A stretch of 64,000 nucleotides of DNA from the human T2T-CHM13v2.0 reference genome, Homo sapiens. The position numbers were made by a program, and so were the translations under genes. The stretch lies in NCBI RefSeq assembly GCF_009914755.1, contig NC_060931.1; one strand, 5' to 3'. Position 1 is the first letter of the stretch. The number at the start of each line of letters is the position of its first letter. A model generated the notes under the pieces. That model ran no database searches. It was not told where the DNA came from and saw only the letters and a list, made by a program, of their open reading frames with translations. Positions 41,901 to 54,500 of the stretch are shown here, piece by piece.

Positions 41901-44706
41901 CCTAGTTTTTATGTGAAGATATTTTCCACCATAGGCCTCAAAACACTGCAAATGTCCAACTACAGATTCTACGAAAAGAGAGTTTCAAAACTCCTCAATC
42001 AACAGAAAGTTTTAATTCTGTGAGTTGAATGCACACATCACAAAGAAGTTTCTCAGATTGCTTCTTTCTAGATTTTATGTGAAGATATTTCCCTTTCTAC
42101 CATAGGCCGCAAAGCACTCCAAATATCCGCTTGCAGATTCTACATAAAGATAGTTTCCAAACTGTTCAATAAAAAGAAAGGTTCAACTCTGTGAGAGGAA
42201 TGCACACATCACAAAGAAGTTTCTCAGAACTATTCTGTCATGTGAAGATATTTCCTTTTCCACCATAGGCCTCAAGGCGCTCCAAATGTCCACTTGCAGA
42301 TTCTACAAAAAGAGAGTTTTAAAACTGCTCAACCAGAAGAAAGGTTTAACTCTGAGGTGAATGCACACATCACAAAGACGTCTCAGAATGCCTCTGTCCA
42401 GATTTTATGTGAAGATATTTCCTTTTCTACCGTTGGCCTCTAACCGCTCCAAATGTCCATTTGCAGATTCTACAAAAAGACTGTTTCCAAACTGCTCAAT
42501 CAAAAGAAAGGTTCAACTCTGTGAGACGAATGCACACATCACAAATAAGTTTCTAAGAATTCTTCTGTCTCGTTTTTATGTGAACAAATTTCTTTTTCAA
42601 CCATAGGCCTCAAAGTGCTCCAAATGTCCATTTGTAGATTCCACACAAACAGAGTTTCAAAACTGCTCACTCAAAGGAAAGGTTTAACTCTGTGAGATGA
42701 ATGCACACATCACAAAGAAGTTTCTCAGATTGCTTCAATCTAGATTTTATGTGAAGATATTTCATTTTCTACCATAGGTCTCAAAGCGCTGAGAATGTCC
42801 ACTTGCAGATTCTACAAAAAGAGTGTTTCCAAACTGCTCAACCAACAGAAAGGTTCAACTCTGTGATATGAACGCACACATCACAAAGAAGTTTCTCAGA
42901 ATTCTTCTGTCTAGTTTTTATGTGAAGATATTTCCTTTTCCACCATAGGCCTCAAAGCACTCCAAACGTCCACTTGCAGACTCCACAAAAAGAGAGTTTA
43001 AAAACTGCTCAGTCAAAGGATAGGTTTAACTATATGAGATGAATGCACACATCACAAAGAAGATTCTCAGATTGCTTCTGTCTAGATTTCATGTGAAGAT
43101 ATTTCCTTTTCTGCCATAGGCCGCAAAGCCCTCTGAATGTCCACTTGCAGATTCTACAAAAAGACTGTTTTCAAACTGCTCAATCAAAAGAAAGTTTCAA
43201 CTCAGTGAGGTGAATGCACACATCACAATGAAGTTTCTCAGAATGCTTCGGTCTAGTTTTAAGTGAAGATATTTCCTTTTCCACCGTAGACCTCAAAGTG
43301 CTCCAAGTGTCCACTTGCAGACCCTACAAAGAGAAAGTTTCCAAACTACTCAATCAAAAGAAAGGTCCAACTCTGTGAGATGAATGCACGTATCACAAAG
43401 AATTTTCTCGGAATGATTCTGTATAGTTTTTATGTGAAGATATTTCCTTTTCCACCATAGGCTTCAAAGAGCTCCAAATGTCCACTTGCAGATTCTACAA
43501 AATGAGATTTTCAAATTACCCAATCAAAAGAAGGGTTCAACTCTGTGAGTTAAATGCACACATCACAAAGGAGTTTTTCAGAATGCTTCTATCTACTTTT
43601 TATTTGAAGAGATTTCCTTTTGCACCATAGGCCTCAAATCACTCCAAATGTTCACTTGCAGACAGTACAAAAATGGTTTTTCAAAACTGCCCAAAGGAAA
43701 GGTTCAACTCTGAGAGATGAATGTACACATCACAAATAAATTTGTCAGAATGCTTCTTTCTAGTTTTTATTTGAAGATATTTCCTTTTCCACCATAGGCC
43801 TCGAAGCACTCCAAATAACCACTTGCAGATAATTCAAAAATGGTGTTTCAAAACTGCTCAATCAAAAGTAAGTTTAAACTCTGTGAGATGAATGCACATA
43901 TCACAAAGTAGTTTGTCATAATGCTTCTAATTTTTATGTGAAGATATTTCCTTTTCTACCATAGCCTCAAAGCGCTCCAAATGTCCACTTTCAGATTCTA
44001 CAAAAAGAGTGTTTCCAAACTTCTCAATAAAAAGAAAGTTTCAACTCTGTGAGATGAATGCACACAACACAAAGAAGCTTCTCAGAATGTTTCTGTCTCG
44101 CTTTTATGTGAAGATATTTCCTTTTCCACCATGGGCCTCAAAGCTCTCCAAATGTCCACTTGCAGATTCTACAAAAAGAGTGTTTCAAAACTGCTCAATC
44201 AAAGGAAAGTTTCAAACCTGTGAGATGAATGCATGCATCAAAAAGAATTTTTTCCGAATGATTCTGTATAGTTTTTATGTGAAGATATTTCCTTTTCCAT
44301 TGTAGGCCTCAAAGCCCTCCAGATGTCCACTTGCATGTTATACAAAAAGAGTGTTTCAAAACTGCTCAATGAAAAGAAACGTTCAACTCTGTGAGATGAA
44401 TGCACACATCACAAAGAAGTTTCTCAGAATGTTTCTGTATAGTTTTTATGTGAAGATATTTCCTTTTCCAAAGCAGGCCTCAAAGCACTCCAAATGTCCA
44501 CTTGCAGATACTACAAAAAGAGTGTTTCAAATCTGCTCAATCAAAAGAAAGTTTCAACTCTGTGAGATGAATGCACACATTGTAAGGAAATTTGTCAGAA
44601 TGCTTCTGTCTAGTTTTTATGTGAAGATATTTCCTTTTCCACCGTAGGCCTCTAAGCACTCCTAAAGTCCACTTGCAGATAGTACAGAAAGGGTGTTTCA
44701 AAACTG
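29903..44706 (-). repeat. Alpha satellite, divergent non-HOR, ~87 monomers; mostly a 342 bp dimer
   Basis: ~171 bp period; ttcaactctgtgagatgaatgcacacatcacaaagaagtttctcaga is the reverse of the conventional alphoid consensus; pJalpha motif ttccttttccaccatag. Confidence 0.98.
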
Positions 44707-47700
44707 GACAGAAACATTATGATAAACTTCTTTGTGATATGTGCCTTCATCTCACAGAGTTGAACATTTCTTTTGATTGAGCAGTTTTAAACACTGTTTT
44801 TGTAGAATCTACAAGTGTACATTAGGAGGGCTTTGAGGCCCATGGTGGAAAAGGAAATATCTTCACATTAAAACTAGACTGAAGCATTCTGACAAATTAC
44901 TTTGTGATGTGTGCGTTTATCTCACAGAGTTGAACCTTTCATTTGATTGAGTAATTTGGAAACCCTCTTTTTGTAGAATCAGCAAGTGGACATTTGAGCG
45001 CTTTGAGGCCTATGGTGGAAAATGAAATATCTTCACTTAAAAACTAGACAGAAGCATTCTGAGAAATTTCTTTGTGATGTGTGCATTCATGTCACAGAGT
45101 TGAGATTTTCTTGTGATTGAGAAGTTTTGAAACACTCTTTTTGTAAAATCTGCAAGTGGACATTTGGAGCGCTTTGTGGCCTATGGCGGAAAAGGAAATA
45201 TCTTCACATAAAAACTAGACAGAAGCATAGTGAGAAACTTCTTTGTGATGTGTGCATTCATCTCAGGGAGTTGAACTTTTCTTTTGATTGAGCAAGTTTG
45301 AAGCACTCTTTTTGTAGTATCTGCAAGCGAACATTTGGAGGGCTTAAAGGCCTATGGCGGAAAAGGAAATATCAACACATAAAAACTATACAGAAACATT
45401 TTGACAAACCTCGTTGTGATGGGTGCATTCATCTCATGGATTTGAACCTCAGTTTTGATTGAGGAATTTTGAAACACTCTTTTTGTAGAATCTGCAAGTG
45501 GACAATTGAAGCACTTTGAGGCCTATGTTGGAAAACGAAATATCTCCACATAAAAACTAGACAGAATCATTCTAACAAAATTTGTGATGTGTGCATTTAT
45601 CTCACAGATTTGTACCCTTCTTTTGATTGAGAAGTTTTGAAACATTGTTTTCGTATAATCTGCAAGGGGACATTTGGTGCGCTTTGAGACCTACGGTGGA
45701 AAAGGAAATATCTTCACATAAAAACTAGACCAAAGCATTCTGAGAAATTTCTTTCTTATGTGTGCATTCATCTCACAGAGTTGAACCTTCCTCTTGATAG
45801 AGCAGTTTTGAAACACTTTTTTTGTAGAATCTGCATGTGGACATTTGGAGCGTTTTGAGGCCTATGTTGGAAACGGAAATATCTTCACATAAAAACTAGA
45901 CAGATGCAATCTGACAAACTTCTTCATGATGTGTGCATTCGTCTCACAGCATTGAACGTTTCTATTGATTGAGCAGCTTTGAAACACTCTTTTTGTAGAA
46001 TCTGCAAGTGGATTTTGGAGCGCTTTGAGTCCTATGGTGGATAACAAAATACCGTTTTATATTAATTAGACAAGCATTATGAGAAACTTTTTGGCATGAG
46101 TGCATTCATCTCACAAACAGTTGAACCTTACTTTTGATTGAGCACTTTGAAACACTCTTTTTGTAGAATCTATAAGTGGATATTTGCAGCGCTTTGAGGC
46201 CAATGGTGGAAAAGAAAAAATCTTCACATAAAAACAAGACAGAAATATTCTGAGAAACTACTTTGTGATGTGTGCATTTATCTCACAGAATTGAACCTTT
46301 GTTTTGATTGACCAGACTTGAAACACTCTTTTTGTAGAACCTGGGAGAGGACATTTGGAGCCCTCTGAGGTCTATGATGGAAAGGGAAATATCTTCACAT
46401 AAAAACTAGTCAGTAGCATTCTGAGAAACTTCTTTGTGATGTGTGCATTCAACTCACAGATATGAAAGTTTCTTTCGATTAAGCAGTTTGGAAACACTCT
46501 TTTTGGAGAATCTGCAAGTGGACATTTAGAGCGCTTTGAGGCCTATGGTAGAAAAGGTAATATCTTCACATAAAATCTAGAAAGAAGCAATCTGAGAAAC
46601 GTGTTTGTGATACGTGTATTCATCTCATAGAGTAAAACCTTTCTTTTGATTCAACAGTTTTGAAACTCTCTTTTTGTAGAATCTGCAAGTGGGCATTTGG
46701 AGTACTTTGATGCCTATGGCTTAAAAGGTAGTATCTTCACATAAAAACTAGATAGAAGCATTCTGAGAAACTTCTTTGTGATGTGGGCATTCATCTCCCA
46801 GAGTTGAAACTTTCGTTTGAAGGACGAGTTTTGAAATACTCTTTTTGTAGAATCTGCAAGTGGACATTTCGAGCGCCTCGAGGCCTATGGTGGAAAAAGA
46901 AATATCTTCCCATAAAAACTAGACAGAAGAATTCTGAGAAACTTCTTTGTTATATGTGCGTTCATCTCACAGAGTTGACCTTTTCTTTTGATTGGACAGT
47001 TTGTAAACACTCTTTTTGTAGAATCTGCAAGTGGATATTTGGAGCACTTTGCAGCATATGGTAGAAAAGGAAATATATTCACATAAAATCTAGACAGAAG
47101 CAATCTGAGAAACGACTTTGTGATGTCAGAATTCATCTCACAGAGTTTAAGCTTTCTTTTGATTGAGCAGTTTTGAAACTCTCTTTTTCTAGAATCTGCA
47201 AGTGGACATTTGGAGCACTTTGCTGCCTATGGTAGAAAAGGAAATAATTTTACATAAAATCTAGACAGAAGCAATCTCAGAAACTTCTTTGTGATATGTG
47301 CATTCATCTCACAGTGTTAAAGCTTTCTTTTGATTGAGTAGTTTTGAAACTCTATTTTTCTAGAATCTGCAAGTGCACATTTGGATCGCTTAGAGGCCTA
47401 TGGTGAAAAAGTAAATATCTTCACATAAAAACTAGACAGAAGTATTCTGAGAAACTTTTTCATGATGTGTGCTTTCATCTCACATAGTTGAACATTGCTT
47501 TTGATTGAGCAGTTTGAAAACACTCTTTTTGTAGAATCTGCAAGTGGACATTTTGAGCGCTTTGTGGTCTATGGTAGAAAAAGAAAACTCTTCACATAAA
47601 ATATAGACAGAAGCAATCTGAGAAACTTATTTGTGATGTGTGCATTCATCTAACAGAGGTAAACTTTTCCTTTGATTGAGCAGTTTTGAAACTCTCTTAT

Positions 47701-50700
47701 TTTGGAATCTGCAAGAGGACATTTGGAGCGCTTTGAGGCCTATGGTAGAATAGGAAATATATTCACATAAAATCTAGAGACAAGAAATCTGAGAAACTTC
47801 TTTGTGATGTGTGCATTTCTCTCACAGAGTTGACCCTTTCTTTTGATTGTGCCATTTGGAAATACTCTTTTTGTAGAATCTGTAAGTGAAATTTGGAGGG
47901 CTTTGCAGCCTATGGTAGAAAAGGAAAAATCTTCACATAAAATCTAGACTGAAGCAATCTGAGAAACTTCTTTGTGATGTGTGCATTCATCTCACAGACT
48001 TAAGCCTTTTTTTTGATTGAGCAGTTTTGAAATTCTCTTTTTGTAGTATCTGCAAGTGGACATTTGGAGTGCTTTGAGGTCTATGGTCGAAAAAGAAATA
48101 TCTTCACCAAAAACCTAGATAGAATCATTCTGAGAAACTTCTTTATGATGTGCTCATTCATCTCCCAGAGTTGAACTTTTCTTTTGATGGACTAGTATTG
48201 AAATACTCTTTTTTGTGGAATCTGCAAGTGGACATTTCAAGCGCTTGAGGCCTATGGTGGAAAATGAAATCTCTTCATATAAAAACTAGACAGAAGAATT
48301 CTGAGAAACTTCTTTGTGATTTCTGTGTTCATCTCACAGAATTGAACCTTTCTTATGATTGAGCAGTATGGAAATCTCTTTTTGTAGAATCTGCAAGTGG
48401 ACATTTGGAGTGCCTTGAGGCCTATGGTGGAAAAAGATATATCGTCACATAAAAACTACACAGAAGAATTCTGGAAAACTAGTTTGTGATGTTTGCATTC
48501 GTCTCATAGAGTTAAACCTTTCTTTTGATTAAGCAGTTTGGCAACCCTCGTTTTGTAGAATATGCAAGTGGTCATTTGGAGCGCTTTGCGTCCTGTGGTA
48601 GAAAAGGAAATATCTTCACATAAAATCTAGACAGAAGCAATCTGAGAAACTTCTTTGTGATGTGTGCATTCATCTCACAGAGTTAAAGCTTTCTTTTTAT
48701 TGAGCAGTTTTGAAACTCTCTTTTTGTAGAATCTGCAAGTGGACATTTGGATCACCTTGAGGCCTATCGTGGAAAAGGAAACCCTTAATATAAAAACTAG
48801 ATAGAAGGATTCTGAGAAATTTATTTGTGATGTGTGCATTCATCTCCCATAGTTGAACCTTTCTTTTGATGGGCCAGTTTTGAAACTCTCTTTTTGTAGA
48901 ATCTGCAAGTGGACATTTTAAGTGCCTTGAGGCCTATGGTGGAAATGAAATATCTTCACATTAAAACTAGACAGAAGAATTCTGAAAAACTTCCTTGTCT
49001 GTGTGCTTTCATCTCACAGAGTTGAATGTTTGTTTTGACTGAGCACTTTGGAAACAGTCTTTTTGTAGAATCCGCAAGTGGACATTTGGAGCGCTTTGCG
49101 AACTATGGTAGAAAAGGAAATATATTCACATAAAATCTAGACAGAAGCAATCTGAGAAACTTCTTTGTGAGGTTTGCATTCACCTCACACAGTTAAACCT
49201 TTCTTTTGATTGAGCAGTTTTGGAGCTCTCTTTTTGTACAATCTGGAAATTGACATTTGGAGTGCTTTGAGGATTATGGTGGAAAAGGAAATATCTTCAA
49301 ATAATATCTACACAAAAGCAATCTGAGAAATTTCTTTGTGATCTGTGCATTCTTCTCACAGAGTGGAATTTCATTTTGTTTGAGCAGCTTTGAAACAACC
49401 TATTTGAACTATCTGCATGTGGACATTTGGAGTGCTTTGAGGCCTATGTTGGAAAAGGAAATATCCTCATGTAACAACTATACAGAAGCATTCTGAGAAA
49501 TTTCTTTGTGATGTGTGCATTCATCTCATAGAGTCGAAGCTTTCTTTTGATTGAGCAGCTTTAAAACACTCTTTTTGTAGAATCTGCAAGTGGACATTTG
49601 GAGCGCTTTGAGGCCTATGGTGGAAAAGGAAACATCTTCACATAAAAACTAGACAGAAGCATTCTGACAAACTTCTTTGTGATGTGTACATTCATCTCAC
49701 AGAGTTGAGACTTTCTATTTATTCAGCAGTTTTGAAACACTCTTTTTGTAGAATCTGCATGTGGGCTTTTGGAGCACTTTGAGTCCTATGGTGGAAAAGG
49801 AAATACCTTCACATAAAAACTAGACAGAAGCATTCTGACAACCTTCTTTGTGATACGTGCATTCATCTCACAAAGTTGAACCTTACTTTTGATTGAACAG
49901 TTTTGAAACAGTCTTTTTGTAGAATCTGCAAAGGGACATTTAGAGCGCTTTGAGTCCTATGATGGAAAAAGAAATATCTTCACATAAAAAATAGACAGAA
50001 GCATTCTGAGAAATTTCTTTGTGATGTGTGCATTCATCTCAGAGAGTTGAAGCTTTCTTTTGATTGAGCAGCTTTGAAACACTCTTCTTGTAGCATCTGC
50101 AAGCGGACATTTGGAGAGCTTTGTGACATATGGTAGAAAAGGAAATTTCTTCACCTAAAAACTAGACAGAAGCATTCTGACAAATGTCTTTCTGATGTGT
50201 GCATTCATCTCACAGAGTTGAAATTTACTTTTCATTGAGCAGTGTGAAACACTCTTTTTGTAGAATCTGGAATTGCACATTTGGAGGGATTTGAATCCTG
50301 TGGTGGAAAAGGAAATATCTTGACATAAAAACTGGAAGAAGCATTCTGAGAAACTTCTTTGTGAAGTGTGCATTCGTCTTGCAGAGTTTACCCTTTCTTT
50401 TGATTGAGCAGTTTGGAAATACTCTTTTTCTAGAATCTGCAAGTAGAAATTTGGAGTGCTTTTTGGCCTATGTTGGAAAACGAAATATCTTCACATAAAA
50501 ACCAGACAGAAGCATTCTGACAATCTTCTTTGTGATATGTGCATTCATCTCACAAAGTTGGACCTTACTTTTGACTGAGCAGTTTTGAAGCATCCTTTTT
50601 GTGCTATCTGCAAGTGGACATTTGGAGTTCTTTGAGGCCTATGGAGGAAAAGGAAATATCTTCACATAAAAACTAGACAGAAGCATTCTGAGAAATTTCT

Positions 50701-51517
50701 TTGTGATGTGTGCATTCATCTCAGAGAGTAGAAGCTTTATTTGATTGAACAGCTTTGAAACACACTTTTTGTAGAATCTGCAGGTGGACATTTGGAGTGC
50801 TTTGAGGCCTATGGTGGAAAAGGAAATATCTTCACATAAAAACCAGACAGAAGCATTCAGACAAACTTCTTTGTGATGTGTGCATTCATCTCAGAGAGTT
50901 GAAGCTTTCTTTTGATTGAGCAGCTTTGAAGCACTCTTTTTGTAGAATCTGCAAGTGGATATTTGGAGCGCATTGAGGCCTATGGTGGAAAAGGAAATAT
51001 CTTCACATAAAAATTAGAAGCATTCTGACAAACTTCTTTTTGATGTGTGCATTCATCTCACAGAGTTGAGACTTTCTATTTATTTGGCAGTTTTGAAAAA
51101 CTCTTTTTGTAGAATCTGCAAGTGGACATTTGGAGCACTTTGAGTCCTATGGTGGAAAAGGAAATATCTTCACATAAAAATTAGACAGAAACATTCTGAC
51201 AACCTCCTTTGCAATATGTGCATTCGTCTCACAAAGTTGAGGTTTACTTTTGACTGAGCAGTTTTGAAACGCCCTTTTTGTACTATCTGCAAGTGGACAT
51301 TTGGAGTGCTTTGAGGCCTATGGTTGAAAAGGGAATATCTTCATATAAAAAATAGACAGAGGCATTCTGACAAACTGCTTTGTGATGTGTGCATTCATCT
51401 CAGAGAGTTTACACTTTCTTTTGATTGTGCAGCTCTGACACACTCTTTTTGTGGAATCTGCAAGTGGACATTTGGAGTGCTTTGCAGCCTATGGTAGAAA
51501 AGGAAATATCTTCACAT
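44700..51517 (+). repeat. Alpha satellite, opposite-orientation block of 40 monomers
   Basis: cattctgagaaacttctttgtgatgtgtgcattcatctcacagagttgaac orientation; 40 cttcaca-position landmarks counted from 44861 to 51510. Confidence 0.97.
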
Positions 51518-54500
51518 CAGAAAGAGAGAGTTTCAAAACTGCTCAATAAAAAGAAAGGTTTAAGTCTGTGAGATGAATGCACACATCACAAAGAAGTTTT
51601 TCATATTGCTTCTGTCTAGATTTTATGTGAAGATATTCCTTTTTCCACCATAGGCCTCAAAGCACTCCAAATGTCCACTTGGTGATTCTACAAAAAGAGA
51701 GTTTCAAATCTGCTCAATCAAAAGAAAGTTTTAACTCTGTGACATGAATGCACCCATCACAAAAAATTTCTCAGATTGCTTCTGTCTAGATTTTATGTGA
51801 AGATATTTCCTTTTCTACCATAGGCTGTAAAGCGCTCCGAATATCCACTTGCAGAATCTACAAAAAGAGTGTTTCCAAACTACTCAATCAAAAAGAAGGT
51901 TCAACTCTGTGAGATTAAGGCATGCATCACAAGGAAGTTTCTCAGAATTCTTCTGTCTAGTTTTTATGTGAAGATATTTCCTTTTCCACCATAGGCCTCA
52001 AAGAGCTCCAAATGTCCACTTGCAGATTCTTCAAAAAGAGAGTTTTGAAAGTGCTCAATCAAAAGAAGGGTTCAACTCTGTGAGATGAATGCAAACATCA
52101 CAAAGAAGTTTCTCAGATTGCTTCTGTCTAGGTTTTATGTGAAGATATTTCCTTTCCTACCATAGGCAGCAAAGTGCTCCAAATTTCCACTTGCAGATTC
52201 TACAGAGTATTTCCAAACTGCTCAATCAAAAGAAAGATTCAACTCTGTGAGATGAACGCACACATGGCAGAGAAGTTTCTCAGAATTCTTCTGTCTAGTT
52301 TTTATGTGAAAATAATTCCTTTTCCATCATAGCCCTCAAAGCACTCCAAATATCCACTTGCAGATTCTAGAAAAAGAGTGTTTCAAAACTGCTCTATCAA
52401 AAGAAAGGTTGAACTCCGTGAGTTGAGTGCACACATCACAAAGAAGTTTTGGAGAATGCTTCTGTCTAGTTTTTATGTGAAGATATTTCCTTTTCCACCG
52501 TAGGCCTCAAAGCGCTCCAAATATCCACTTGCAGATTCTAGAAAAAGAGTGTTTCAAAACTGCTCAATCAAAAGAAAGTTTCAACTCTGTGAGATGAATG
52601 AACACATCAGAAGAAATTTCTCAGAATGCTTCCGTGTAGTTTTATGCGAAGATACTTCCTTTTCCACAATGGTCCTCAAAGCGCTTTAAACATCCACTTG
52701 CAGATTCTACAAAAAGAGTGTTTTGCAACTGCTCAATCAAAGGAAATTTTCAACACTGTGAGATGAATACACACATCACAAAGGAGTATCTCTGAATAGT
52801 TCTGTGTAGTTTTTATGTGAAGATATTTACTTTTCCACCTTAGACCCCCAAGGGCTCCAAATATCCACTTGCAGATTATACAAAAAGAGAGTTTGAAAAC
52901 TCCTCTATCAACAGATAGTTTCAACTCTGTGAGTTGAATGTGCACATCACAAAGACGTTTCTGAGAATGTTTCTGTCTAGTTTTTATGTGAAGATATTTC
53001 CTTTTCCATTATAGGCCTCAAAGAGCTCCAAATATCCACTTGCGGATTCTACAAAAAGAGTCTTTCCAAACTGGTAATTCAAAAGAAAGGTTCAACTCTG
53101 GGGGATGAAATCACACATCACAAAGAAGTTTCTCAGAATGCATCTGCGTGGTATTTATGTGAAGATATTTCCTTTTCCAGCATAGTCCTCAAAGCGCTCC
53201 AAATATCCACTGGTAGATTCTACAGAAAGAGTGTTTCCAAACTGCTCAATCAAAAGTAAGGTTCAACTCTGTGAGATGAATGCACAGATCACAAAGAAGT
53301 TTCTCAGAGTGCTTCTGTGTAGTTTCTATGTAAAGATATTTCCCTTTCCGCAATAGGCCTCAAAGCACTTCAAATACCCAATTGCAGATTCTATAAAAAG
53401 AGTGTTTCCTAACTGCTCAATCGAAAGAAAGTTTGAACTGTGTGAGATGAATGCACACATCACAAAGAAGTTTCTCAGAATGGTTCTGTGTAGTTTTTAA
53501 GTGAAGATATTTCCTTTTCTACAATAGGCCGCAATGAGCTACAAATATACACTTGTGGATTCTACAAAAATAGAGTTTCAAAACTCCTCTATCAAAAGAT
53601 AGGTTCAATATTGTCAGTTGAATGCACACATCACAAAGTAGCTTCTCAGAATGCTTCTGTGTAGTTTTTATTTGAAGATATTTCCTTTTACACTATAGGC
53701 CACAAAGCGTTCCAAATATTCACTTGCATATTCTACAAAGGAATTTTTCAAAAGTGTTCAATCAAATGAAAGGCTCAACTATGTGAGATGATGCACACAT
53801 CTGAAAGAAGTTTCCCAGAATGCTTCTGTGTACTTTTTATGTGAAGATATTTCCTTTTCCACCATAGGCTGCTAAGGTCTCCAAATATCCGCATGCAGAT
53901 TCTACATAAAGAGAGTTTCAAAACTGCTCTATCAAAAGATAGTTTCAACTCTGTGAGTTGAATGCTCGTTTCGTAAAGAAGTTTCACAGAATGCTTCTGT
54001 GTAGTTTTTATGTGAAGATATTTCCTTTTCCACCATAGGCCTCAAAGTGCACCTAATATCCACCTGCAGATTCCGCAAAAAGTGTGTTTCAAAACTGCTC
54101 AGTCAAAAGAAAGGTTCAGCTCTATGAGAGGAATGGAATCATCACAAAGAAGTTTCTCAGAATGCTTCTGTGTAGATTTTATATGAAGATGTTTCCTTGC
54201 CAACCGTAGGCCACAAAGGGCTCCAAATATTCACTTGCAGATACTACAAAAAGAGAGTTTCAAAACTGCTCCTTCAAAAGATATGTTCAACTCTGTGAGT
54301 TGAATGCACACATCATAAAGAAGTTTCTCAGAATGCTTCTGTGTAGTTTTTATGTGAAGATATTTCCTTTTCCACAATACTCCTCAAAGCGCTCCAAATA
54401 TCCACTTGCAGATTCTACAAAAACAGTGTTTCAAAACTGCTCGATCAAAAGAAAGGTTGAATTCTGTGAGATGAATGCACACATCACAAAAAGATTTCTC

